Assembly (NCBI GenBank): GCA_003144275.1
Contig: NJBF01000005.1
Coordinates: forward strand, 1-32,000
Reading direction: 5' to 3'
Length of the DNA: 32,000 nucleotides
DNA from: Candidatus Heimdallarchaeota archaeon B3_Heim
GTDB taxonomy: Archaea; Asgardarchaeota; Heimdallarchaeia; Hodarchaeales; Hodarchaeaceae
The notes beneath the pieces were generated by a model. The model was not told the origin of the DNA and did not search any database. It was given only the letters and a program-made list of their open reading frames with translations. This document shows positions 11,801-20,617 of this stretch, one piece after another (positions within the stretch are counted from its first letter, which is position 1; each line of letters opens with the position of its first letter). The position numbers were made by a program, and so were the translations under genes.

Positions 11801-12088
11801 ATGTTACAGAGTTCTATTACTTCCTTCGAAGATGAAGGAATCAGTCACAGCCTTAAAGAGGTAATAAAGAATAATCAGTACGTCGCTGGCTACTGTGCTT
11901 CATTACTCTATGTTATGAACGGTTTAGCTGAATGTGTGGTTATTACTGAGTCCCTTCATCGAAAACACAAAACACTATTAACTCAAATGTGCTTGAGTGA
12001 AGCCATTCCTATCTTTACTTCCACAGACGATACAAATAAGTATATCCCTCCTGAGATCGAGGTTTTGACGGTTGTTATGCAGAAATAG
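11801..12088 (+). CDS. Divergent L7Ae/L30e/S12e/Gadd45-fold protein (95 aa)
   Basis: LKEVIKNNQYVAGY...NGLAECVVITE...LLTQMCLSEAIPIF follows the family pattern KxGKxVxG...GKAKLVIIA...LCxxxxIPY. Confidence 0.6.
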   Translation: MLQSSITSFEDEGISHSLKEVIKNNQYVAGYCASLLYVMNGLAECVVITESLHRKHKTLLTQMCLSEAIPIFTSTDDTNKYIPPEIEVLTVVMQK

Positions 12089-12415
12089 TTGTTGGAACTG
12101 AGAGAAGCTGATCTGATTACTACAATTACTACTGAGGGGTGTTGTTTCTTTCTTTTTCTACTAATTACTGTGAGTACGGTACCCAACAAACAGTATATCT
12201 TAGAAGCTGGCTTTCATCTTTCTTTCCGAGAATCAGGTAGAGAGTGAGTGGACAAAGGAACTGCAATAATAAGTTCAATAACATTTGAAATATTATAATT
12301 TTTAAATTGATATAGGAATATTGCTTATCATCATTAAAATCCAGATAAAATTGCTTCGTAAGATTTCTCATACCTAGTAGTAGTACAAACTCTTCTCCCC
12401 GAAAATGTTCAATGA

Positions 12416-13576
12416 GTGTGCTTAAAAATTTCAGAAAGGATTGTTTTTTCAGTATTTGATAAGATTAAAGGCCCTACCGTTATTTATTCCACCATGAAAC
12501 GACAGGAGAGGGCTAAGAAGGTTGCTTCGAGGTCTTTTGTGGCATTAGGGTTTTCCAATAAGGATTTCGATATTACTGAATTGACTTTACCTATTTTATC
12601 TGATAAGTCTGTGCAAACCGACATGGCTTTTAGTCTATTTTTTCGATTACCCATTCAGGAAAATCTGAAAGAAACCGAACCTGCGGTTGCTTGCCTTTCT
12701 TGGATTGTCCCCATGAATATGGCTACAAATTTTTATGTAAAAATCCCATCAATTCGAGCAAAGGGGGGAAAAATCATCGAAGCAATTCAAGCAAACGTGA
12801 GAGATCATGGTATTATAGAATCTGAACTAACTCGTCAAATAATAAAGGGAATTGCGACTATAGGCTCTGTAACTTCTAGAGAGGAATCCCAAGTGATAAT
12901 CCGGTCAAAATCAGACGTACCAACTCTTAAAGCAGAGTCCGTTGGTGCTGGTTTTACCTTTCTAAGATCGATTCCTAAAAAAGCTTTACATTTTTTAATG
13001 CAAGGGGCAATTCTTGGAGAACCCATCCTCATTATTGGTGATAAATACACTTTCAATGTGGTTTCCGACACCCTGCTGCTATTTAATCATCAAGGTGTTT
13101 CAAGGAAAATATTTCTGGAAGATCAGCCTACAATTCCTGGAAATAATCATGCGGTTGGAATTCATCCTAATCAGAAACTGTCAAAGAATATCAAAGATTC
13201 ATACTATCTAACGTACTCTCTGGACAAACAGCGTATTGAACATAAAAGTAAACTCAAAGAATGTGATTTTGCTAAACAATGGACTTCAAACCTTTTCAAG
13301 GTTTCTTCGATTGATGATATACTAATAAATTTTCATTCTTATGTCGAAACGAAAATCCAGCCTTATGTCTCTCAAATTATTGACTTGTTAGCTCAAAGCC
13401 AAGATTCCAAACAGAACATCGCGAATACTAAGGCTTTTCTCTTAGATTTACGTAAAAGTTTGTCAAAGAGTGATTATGATTTTGTGATTGAACTAGCAAT
13501 TCGAAGCAATCCAATACTTGAAGACTTCATGAGAAAGGAACTTTTTGCTGAACAATTTGTAATTAACGGATGGTAA
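12416..13576 (+). CDS. DENN-like protein (longin/uDENN + cDENN-like core, 386 aa)
   Basis: N-terminal IVFSVFDKIKGPTVIY resembles the NPRL2/AVL9-type longin start. LHFLMQGAILGEPILIIG resembles the cDENN motif (DENND6-type LWELVLLGEPLVV). Confidence 0.65.
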   Translation: MCLKISERIVFSVFDKIKGPTVIYSTMKRQERAKKVASRSFVALGFSNKDFDITELTLPILSDKSVQTDMAFSLFFRLPIQENLKETEPAVACLSWIVPMNMATNFYVKIPSIRAKGGKIIEAIQANVRDHGIIESELTRQIIKGIATIGSVTSREESQVIIRSKSDVPTLKAESVGAGFTFLRSIPKKALHFLMQGAILGEPILIIGDKYTFNVVSDTLLLFNHQGVSRKIFLEDQPTIPGNNHAVGIHPNQKLSKNIKDSYYLTYSLDKQRIEHKSKLKECDFAKQWTSNLFKVSSIDDILINFHSYVETKIQPYVSQIIDLLAQSQDSKQNIANTKAFLLDLRKSLSKSDYDFVIELAIRSNPILEDFMRKELFAEQFVINGW

Positions 13577-13638
13577 AGGAATAACAATTTTAAACTCAAG
13601 TAAGCTACACAGGATTGAGATTTTATGAGGAATAAAGA

Positions 13639-14277
13639 ATGACTGAATATTTGATATTTGATTGGGCATTTCTAGTTGCAGCAATTATTTCTGGGTATTT
13701 GAGCCTTCATTTATTTCGGAAATATCAACAAGAGAAAATGACTATTTCTCTTTGGTTTTTATTATTATTTGCTTTTTCGACATTAGGCTATCTTCTCACA
13801 TGGTATGGTCTTTCTTCTACTGCGAGCTATGACGACATACCTTTATGGGTTTCACTAGTTTCTAATACCGTCTTAATTGGATCTTCATCTCTTGCTTTTG
13901 CCATTTCGTTATTGTTATGGAAACAGGATAACCGTCTCCTTATAATTCCCTTCGTCATTGCGATAATAGATTTATCAATAGTGATCTATGCGTTAATTGA
14001 ACCCTCGATGCAGGATATGGCCACAATCATTCGAGTTCTTGGTTTAACTGTTGTTTCCGCTCCTGTCCTCGTTGTATTCTTCTATTTGTACCTTAAAACC
14101 AATTCAGGTAAAAGTTTGAGTTTTAGTGTCGCCTGGCTTGTGCTCCTCGTTGGAGGTTTCAGTGGAAGATTTTTAGGTATGGATGTAATAGGAATAGCGT
14201 TGATAATATCTGCCATTATCTTACTATTGGGTATGGTTGGTTTTGTTGATCGAGTCATATTACGTAATCCCACATAA
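13639..14277 (+). CDS. Stand-alone 7TM membrane protein (212 aa)
   Basis: Seven hydrophobic segments with short loops, no soluble domain, and an SD-like GAGG upstream. Confidence 0.85.
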   Translation: MTEYLIFDWAFLVAAIISGYLSLHLFRKYQQEKMTISLWFLLLFAFSTLGYLLTWYGLSSTASYDDIPLWVSLVSNTVLIGSSSLAFAISLLLWKQDNRLLIIPFVIAIIDLSIVIYALIEPSMQDMATIIRVLGLTVVSAPVLVVFFYLYLKTNSGKSLSFSVAWLVLLVGGFSGRFLGMDVIGIALIISAIILLLGMVGFVDRVILRNPT

Positions 14278-14342
14278 GGAAGCAATCTTAGCTATTGATA
14301 AATAGATAGAATCCTGGAAGACTGAATCAGGAAGTAGCTTAC

Positions 14343-14453
14343 ATGGTAACTCCGAGTTCGACCACCACTGTTCGTACCCCAGGTTTCTCTATCGTATTTT
14401 CTCTCCTGATTGTTCTTTCGTTTACAATTCGCTATAGAAAACATTTGATTTAA
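14343..14453 (+). CDS. Orphan PGF-CTERM-like anchor mini-ORF (36 aa) or gene remnant
   Basis: MVTPSSTTTVRTPGFSIVFSLLIVLSFTIRYRKHLI = Ser/Thr linker, TPGF, TM helix, basic tail. An in-frame TAG lies at 14307. Confidence 0.6.
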   Translation: MVTPSSTTTVRTPGFSIVFSLLIVLSFTIRYRKHLI

Positions 14454-14587
14454 CAAATCTTTCTTCCTTTTTTCTTCCCCTACCACGACTAGATCTTGTT
14501 AATCATTCCATAGAAACTATTTTAACCCCTTTTTTACTGTATCCCCAGATACTTAGATACGAAGAACTTAATGGATGAATATTAACA

Positions 14588-15505
14588 ATGAAAACATCTA
14601 ATATGAGAATTTCTCTTTCACTTATCTTTTTAATGATTATTTACACGTTTAGTGGTTGTACTGATATTTTAGGTACGTTTGAACCTGCAGGAGAAAAGGA
14701 TCCTGTAACTATTCCCAAATCTACCTATTCTACGTTGATTTTAGATATAGATCTAGGAGTGGGATCGATTACATTTGATGTTATTCCGACTGCTACTTAT
14801 CTCGTTGATGTTGTTAATGCCGTTTCTATTCGAGAAGGCTCTGATGGTACTTTAGATGAAGCAAAGGCGGTCATCTCTTCCGAAATCAATACTGATACCA
14901 TGAAAATCTCTTTCGACTCGGGTGATGATAATATACAGGTGGATTACAAATATGATTCGACGATTAAAGTGGCCAACAATATTTCCCTCCAAATTAATTT
15001 TCTCGCTGCAACGGGTGAGATCTTCGCGGATCTGACTGATAAATCTGTAACTGTTTCCTCCTTTTATGTAGAGGCAACAACTGGAACGATTACTCTTAGT
15101 TTGGGAGAGTTTCTGATGTTTGATTCATCTCCTACAGTTAAAACGACAACTGGTAATCAAGATGTTACTGTAACGAATCTGAAATATGTTTCTACCACCA
15201 CTTGGTCTATTACGGGCATGACTGGAGGTATTAATCTGGATTTGACTGATAATTTGCCCCAAAATTTGACTGGTTCTACCACCCATCTCTTCAATCTTGA
15301 CTGTACTACAGGGAGTATTGATGTCATATCTGATCTCAGTTTGGGTATTGGTCTGCAAATTACTGCCTCTGTCACGACGGGAACGATTGATGTTCCTGGT
15401 TCAGGTGATTCCTACACTTCCCCCAATTTCGCCTCTTCCCTGTTGAAATATGATTTTACTATCATCACCACAACTGGTGGTATTACTTTTACCGAGGAAG
15501 GGTAG
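14588..15505 (+). CDS. Lipoprotein with toast-rack/DUF4097-like beta repeats (305 aa)
   Basis: Signal peptide ending in the lipobox FSGC, with repeated (T/A)TG(E/T/S/G)I and I-x-L strands. Confidence 0.75.
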   Translation: MKTSNMRISLSLIFLMIIYTFSGCTDILGTFEPAGEKDPVTIPKSTYSTLILDIDLGVGSITFDVIPTATYLVDVVNAVSIREGSDGTLDEAKAVISSEINTDTMKISFDSGDDNIQVDYKYDSTIKVANNISLQINFLAATGEIFADLTDKSVTVSSFYVEATTGTITLSLGEFLMFDSSPTVKTTTGNQDVTVTNLKYVSTTTWSITGMTGGINLDLTDNLPQNLTGSTTHLFNLDCTTGSIDVISDLSLGIGLQITASVTTGTIDVPGSGDSYTSPNFASSLLKYDFTIITTTGGITFTEEG

Positions 15506-15606
15506 TTTACCCTTCTTCTAATATTTTTGTGCTATTTACTCGATTTATTTCCCTTATATGAAGGTTAATAAAGTCCTAATTAGGTACTTCTTACTTCTCC
15601 AGCTTT

Positions 15607-17217
15607 CTAATCTTGAATCGAGGTTTTTATCTTTTCTTCCTGACTTGATCCCTTCCCCACCAACCGTAGTGCGGTGTCTATATAATCAATTACTTTGGAT
15701 TGTTGCATTCGTTCAATTAATGGCGCGTTTTGTTCTGCTAGTTCTCTCCATTTTTGTAGCTCCGTTTCTATTTCTTGTTCTTGTCTTTCAATCCTGTTCT
15801 GATAACTTTCAAGTTTGTTTTCATATGCTATGCCACGAGCTCGTTTTAATACCTCCATGGCCTGATTGACATTCCCAGTAATTAGCTGTAATTGACTTTG
15901 GATTAGTCTTACTTCGATTTCTAATGTGTGGGCTTTTTGTTGTTGAGCTAAATCGTCCAGGCGTAGTATTAATTGTTGAATTTCTGCCAGCACCTCTTCA
16001 TGACCTGAACTGGACACTTCCCAGATTAAGAGTTCTAACAGATTGAGCATGGCAAACACCGATAAATCTAGTTCAATTTTCTCTTCATTCGTGATTTGTT
16101 GGAAGATTTCTTGCGCTTTTGCCTTCATGACTGCTCGTGGACTTTTTTTGTAAATGATCCCTTGGGCAAGTTGGATTTGCTGAGTGATTTTAGGATCTGT
16201 TGTAGTACTCGTTAGTTGCTTTAACTGGTGGAGATAGCGTTGAGCTGCCTCTAATTCATCCAGTTCACTATTTACTAACACTAAATAGTAAAGTGTATCT
16301 GCTGATGTTAATATATCTCCGTATTTCTCATGTAGTGCGAGACTGGTGTGAAGTTGTTCTCTTGCTTGAATATAGTCTCCTTTTTTCATTAGAATTGTGC
16401 CCATTGTTAAATAAAAATCGTGTTGGAACCATGAGGATTCATGTTTTTCCATCAATGCCAGACCACTTTCCATCAATTTCAGAGCTTGGTCAAAATCTCC
16501 CCTCATGGAATATAGTTCTGCCAGATTCGCTTGAACATAGCATGTGGTTAACCCTTCGCCTCCAAATTCTTCTCGAAGTTCTTTACTTAATGTTAACGCC
16601 TGTTGCAAATAATTTACTGCAGGATCCAGTTTTCCCATCTGGTAGTAGATTATTCCTATTAATTCTAATGCCCAGACATGTTCTCGTTTGTTTTTTGATT
16701 TTTCTGCATATGTTAAACTTTTTTCTGTCCAAAATAGGGCTTTTTCATACTCTGTCTTCGCATAGTATATTTGTGCGAACCAACGTAATTGTTTGACGAT
16801 TCCTTTGTGATTTTGAAGTTCCTCCATTAGAGTTAATCGCTGTTTTGCATACTTTAATGCTGTTTGAGTATCTCCTTTGTTAAGATAGGCCCCTATTACC
16901 GCATTCCATGGATATGGCCAATAGAATCCTTGTTGTTGCATCACATGAATACCTTTTTCGGCAAATCTTATTGCTTTCTCAAATTCTCCCTTCATGAGAG
17001 ATATTGTTGCAAATGCATTATACACTCCTACTGTTAATGTATAAATCTTATGTTCTTCAAATGAGGGTAGAGATTTAGTGAATCCCTCAATACTCTTTTT
17101 AAAATCGCCCTTAAACCAATGACTCCCAGCATTTAAGAATGAACTAAATGCTTGCCCGAACACATGATTTGTACTGTTTAATCTTTTGGGCTTCTTCAAC
17201 TCTTTCCACTTGGTCAT
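15607..17217 (-). CDS. Tetratricopeptide repeat protein (536 aa)
   Basis: Serial TPR-like units (GIIYYQMGKLDPAVNYLQQAL, AELYSMRGDFDQALKLM, GTILMKKGDYIQAREQL) followed by a helical C-terminal domain. Confidence 0.9.
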   Translation of the reverse strand: MTKWKELKKPKRLNSTNHVFGQAFSSFLNAGSHWFKGDFKKSIEGFTKSLPSFEEHKIYTLTVGVYNAFATISLMKGEFEKAIRFAEKGIHVMQQQGFYWPYPWNAVIGAYLNKGDTQTALKYAKQRLTLMEELQNHKGIVKQLRWFAQIYYAKTEYEKALFWTEKSLTYAEKSKNKREHVWALELIGIIYYQMGKLDPAVNYLQQALTLSKELREEFGGEGLTTCYVQANLAELYSMRGDFDQALKLMESGLALMEKHESSWFQHDFYLTMGTILMKKGDYIQAREQLHTSLALHEKYGDILTSADTLYYLVLVNSELDELEAAQRYLHQLKQLTSTTTDPKITQQIQLAQGIIYKKSPRAVMKAKAQEIFQQITNEEKIELDLSVFAMLNLLELLIWEVSSSGHEEVLAEIQQLILRLDDLAQQQKAHTLEIEVRLIQSQLQLITGNVNQAMEVLKRARGIAYENKLESYQNRIERQEQEIETELQKWRELAEQNAPLIERMQQSKVIDYIDTALRLVGKGSSQEEKIKTSIQD

Positions 17218-17470
17218 GAAGCCATCCTAATCCACATCCTCCCAATGTGAGTATCGATGCTGGATATCCTGTTTTCCCAAAAGTGCGTTTTTCCATCTTT
17301 TTTCACCATCATAGGCTATAGAATGATCTTTGTATTCATTTTTAAGCTTGGCATATTTGAATTTATTCTTGTCTCTGCCGATTAATGCTTCAGATTTATT
17401 TTCGATTTTCTAACAAAACTATTTGAATTATTGATCTTCCCTCGAGCTCATCATTCATTGGAGAGTTAAA

Positions 17471-18385
17471 ATGAAAAATTGTACGAAATGTGGGCTGGAA
17501 AACCCTGATACAGGTCTTTTTTGCATGGGTTGTGGCGAACCTTTTACTCAAGAAAAGGTTAGAATTACTTCTCCTTCTGCTCCTTCACCAGTTTATCAAC
17601 CAATTAGTCCTTCTTCCACACCTGCTTATCAACCTGCTCGTGGAAATTTTCCACAATTGATTTTTCATGCAAACTACCAACGTTTACTAACGGGAAGCTT
17701 ATTCTTTGCATTGGGAACTGTATTTTCTTTTTCGGTGGGGATTTTCATCCCACCTGAAGATAGTCTTAGTGCTCAGATCGCGTCCCTCATTAGTCTTGTT
17801 TGTTTTGCTATTTTCATCTACAGCATTTATTCTTTTTCCCAATTAGAACCTCGATCTTTAAATGACAAGCTTTCCCGTGTCCCATTATTTTTTGGAATTT
17901 ATATGCTAGCAGATTTTATTTCTTCGATTTTCTTTAGTTTGCAGCCTCAGACCATTGATCTGTCCCTTCCTGAAGGTAGAGAATTTTTATTCCAAGCTTC
18001 TGGAATCATATTGATTGAGGTAGTTTCTGGAATTTTTCTATTTATTGGTGCCCTCAAATTTACTAGTTGGTTCAGAGATCTTGTGTTGATGTTAAATGCC
18101 CCTGATAAAGACTCTACAAATCGTATAAAATGGTTTGCTACCTGCACATTAATTGGAAAGGGACTGTTGCTGATTTTCTATATCATACTCATAACGGCCT
18201 CAAGTACTCAGTTAGATTCCACTGCTGAGAATGCTATAACTTTTTTTAGTTTAGCAGCTTTTATTCTCCTCGCGGCATCCGTTCTCCAAGTCGCTGGTGG
18301 GTACAAGGTGTATTCCGTTTTAAACAATATTCGTCGGGGTAAGTATAATTCAGCATACCAGCAACGAATCCCGTCCAAAGACTAG
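17471..18385 (+). CDS. Zinc-ribbon domain membrane protein (304 aa)
   Basis: N-terminal CTKCGLENPDTGLFCMGCG, a Pro/Ser-rich linker, and about six TM helices. Confidence 0.88.
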   Translation: MKNCTKCGLENPDTGLFCMGCGEPFTQEKVRITSPSAPSPVYQPISPSSTPAYQPARGNFPQLIFHANYQRLLTGSLFFALGTVFSFSVGIFIPPEDSLSAQIASLISLVCFAIFIYSIYSFSQLEPRSLNDKLSRVPLFFGIYMLADFISSIFFSLQPQTIDLSLPEGREFLFQASGIILIEVVSGIFLFIGALKFTSWFRDLVLMLNAPDKDSTNRIKWFATCTLIGKGLLLIFYIILITASSTQLDSTAENAITFFSLAAFILLAASVLQVAGGYKVYSVLNNIRRGKYNSAYQQRIPSKD

Positions 18386-18436
18386 TCCAATAGAAATTCT
18401 GCTATGTTAAATTAAGTATGTAAAGAATCTTCACTA

Positions 18437-18637
18437 TCAGTCACTTGATGCCTGCATTTTTTCTTCTTGTCCTGGGCCTTTAACGAGACGGAGTGCGGTA
18501 GCTAGATAATCTTCGACCTCTGATTGTTGTACTCGCTCGATTAGGGGGGCATTTTCTTCAGTTAATCTCATCCATTTTTCTAATTCGGTTTTTATCTTTG
18601 CCTCTTGTTTTTCTATTCTTGCTTGATAATCCTCCAT
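18437..18637 (-). pseudogene. Remnant of a TPR paralogue: C-terminal ~66 aa only
   Basis: YQARIEKQEAKIKTELEKW...NAPLIERVQQSEVEDYLATALRLV aligns by eye with the C-terminus of the 15607-17217 protein (YQNRIERQEQEIETELQKW...NAPLIERMQQSKVIDYIDTALRLV). Confidence 0.8.
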
Positions 18638-18697
18638 ATGATGATCACTGGCTTTCTCCTCTGTCAATTTTTGGTGATTATAAAGAAAAGGAGAGAT

Positions 18698-19594
18698 GTG
18701 TATAATGACGATTTTATGTCTTCTATGACTCCTCAAATCACCACATTCATATCAAGTTTAGAGACTCATCCTCGAGCTACTGAATTAATTCCTCTGGTTG
18801 AACAATTGTTGAATGTGGAGGATTTCTCTGTGGAATCTCAACTTGTTGCTATTCTACTCGACATTTGTGTAGATAACCCGGCATTGATCACCGAATTATG
18901 GCTTTTACGTGGGACAATTCTTTTAGAGGAAGGACTTCTTACTCGCGCAGTCACAACCTTTTGGGAGGCGGTTCATCTTCAACCTGAGGTGCCAACCCCG
19001 TGGGATCAGGTCATTGCGGTTTTTATTCAGAGAGAAGAATTAATTCATGCTTCTTTTTTTCTTACTAAGGCTCAACTTCTCTTTCCTGACAATGAAGATT
19101 TCACCTCTTTACTCCTACAAGTCTCCCAGCAAATACCGATCACCCTTCGGAACCCTCTAGGTGTTTCTCACGAGAGGAGGAATAATCACGAACAATCCTC
19201 CTCCACTATTCCTCCGATTGAATCTAATTCTTCGATTTTGGATAACCCACCTGATATTTTTCCCGTCACATTCCATAATCCATGGAAAATGATGCAGGAA
19301 TGTTTTAAGGCTAGTTTGTCCTCTGCTAACCAGAAAGATCAGCAATCATTTGTAACTTATGCCCATTCAGCCATCCGAGAACTCCTGGGTCTTGATGGTA
19401 ATTTCCGTGATGGTTTAGATCAAGTGCTTATTCGCCTTCAGCTTACTGATTATAAACAGCCTCTTATGCGAATGAACCATATACGTAATCGTGTTGCTCA
19501 TGCTAATTATATTCCCCCGAAAAAAGAATTACGTAAACTTCATAATTTAGTTCAAGAGATTGTTCATCAGTATGAACTTCGACATACAGGTTAA
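18698..19594 (+). CDS. TPR + HEPN-like domain protein (start probably GTG 18698 or ATG 18716, not 18605)
   Basis: Two TPR-like repeats, a low-complexity linker, and a helical C-terminal domain with RNRVAH (Rx4H). AAGGAG precedes the GTG. The longer N-terminus lies antisense to the TPR remnant. Confidence 0.7.
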   Translation: MYNDDFMSSMTPQITTFISSLETHPRATELIPLVEQLLNVEDFSVESQLVAILLDICVDNPALITELWLLRGTILLEEGLLTRAVTTFWEAVHLQPEVPTPWDQVIAVFIQREELIHASFFLTKAQLLFPDNEDFTSLLLQVSQQIPITLRNPLGVSHERRNNHEQSSSTIPPIESNSSILDNPPDIFPVTFHNPWKMMQECFKASLSSANQKDQQSFVTYAHSAIRELLGLDGNFRDGLDQVLIRLQLTDYKQPLMRMNHIRNRVAHANYIPPKKELRKLHNLVQEIVHQYELRHTG

Positions 19595-20460
19595 TTCTTG
19601 CGAATAATGTGGATATCATCCACAAAGTGATGGACACCTGGAGCAATTGATTTTATTACACGTTGTTTGGTGTCTTTGAGTTGGAAATAGGGAAATTTTT
19701 CTAAAATTAATTTTTCGATTGTTTGGCGCCAATTGAATGGTTGTCTTGCTGTTGTCAATCCATGGGTATGCACGATTCCCCCTTGATCTTGCTTTAGGGC
19801 CTGCAGAGCAACTTCTAATTGTCTCGGAGTCAATTCAAAATACCCCATCAATACTCGATCCGCCCAATTTATGGGAGTATGGGTTTGATTATCTCCGAAA
19901 ATTGGTTGATAACGCTCTTTTAGATGATTAACCTGAATATTTTTCTCTAAAAATGAATAGGCATAGGAATTAATTTCGACCCCTTTGACTTCTACTGTCG
20001 GGTGATGAACACTAATAGGTACTGACAAATTTCCGACGCACGCAAACATATCAATGATTTGTTCCCCTTCTGTTGTTATTTTTATTAAGCGTTGTCGTTC
20101 TGCATGATTTCCTGTTGAAAAAGTAAGTCGTAATGCGTCTATCCAAAATTTACATCCAAGTTCTTTATGGAGGGTTACTGTGTCGGGGTTCCCTGCTAGT
20201 ACTTCATACCCTGGAGTACGTATAGTCGTGGTTGTTACGCCCACTTTTTGCATTATTGTGGATAGCTCGCTTATACCAGATAAATAGTTTTGGCCTATTT
20301 TTTCTTTCCAGGGCCACAAACTTGTATGCAGCTCAATAATTCCCACCGTCCCTATTCGTCTCCAATGTTTTGGAAGACGAGCGATTAATTCTGTAGGAAG
20401 ATACCCTTCATTCTCTACAGACTGTTTTATATATTCAAAAGGTGTTTTTCGTGGGCTCAA
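19591..20460 (-). CDS. taw2: tRNA wyosine-derivative aminocarboxypropyltransferase Taw2 (Trm5/TYW2 family)
   Basis: [30 protein letters not shown] and ADRVLMGY match archaeal Taw2. Confidence 0.82.
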   Translation of the reverse strand: MSPRKTPFEYIKQSVENEGYLPTELIARLPKHWRRIGTVGIIELHTSLWPWKEKIGQNYLSGISELSTIMQKVGVTTTTIRTPGYEVLAGNPDTVTLHKELGCKFWIDALRLTFSTGNHAERQRLIKITTEGEQIIDMFACVGNLSVPISVHHPTVEVKGVEINSYAYSFLEKNIQVNHLKERYQPIFGDNQTHTPINWADRVLMGYFELTPRQLEVALQALKQDQGGIVHTHGLTTARQPFNWRQTIEKLILEKFPYFQLKDTKQRVIKSIAPGVHHFVDDIHIIRKN

Positions 20461-20615
20461 TATTTCCGAAAACCTAAATCTCCTGCGATTTCACGGATGC
20501 ACCTACGACAGATGTTTAACCCATATTTCCGAATAATTGCTCTATGTGTTCCACATCGGCGACAGGTACGTGCACCTTTGCCCATTGTTTTCTGTGTTTC
20601 AGGTGTTTTTTGCAT
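20457..20615 (-). CDS. rps14: Ribosomal protein uS14 (52 aa; missed by the ORF track)
   Basis: [41 protein letters not shown] is the Zn-binding archaeal S14/S29 signature. Confidence 0.97.
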   Translation of the reverse strand: MQKTPETQKTMGKGARTCRRCGTHRAIIRKYGLNICRRCIREIAGDLGFRKY

Positions 20616-20617
20616 GA

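Noticed and set aside
12100-12371. Short minus-strand frames, one with LLGTVLTVISRKRKK resembling a TM + basic anchor
   Set aside because: There is no linker or PGF/SFP motif in frame and the hydrophobic stretch is short. It is too weak to call a remnant.
13639-14277. Possible rhodopsin
   Set aside because: There is no Schiff-base lysine in TM7 and no rhodopsin motifs.
15558-16796. Plus-strand ORFs opposite the TPR gene (103 aa and 167 aa)
   Set aside because: These are antisense shadows of a well-supported gene.
18605-18697. Hydrophobic N-terminal extension of the TPR-HEPN ORF, resembling a signal peptide
   Set aside because: It is the antisense reading of the TPR remnant. An SD-preceded GTG at 18698 is a better start.
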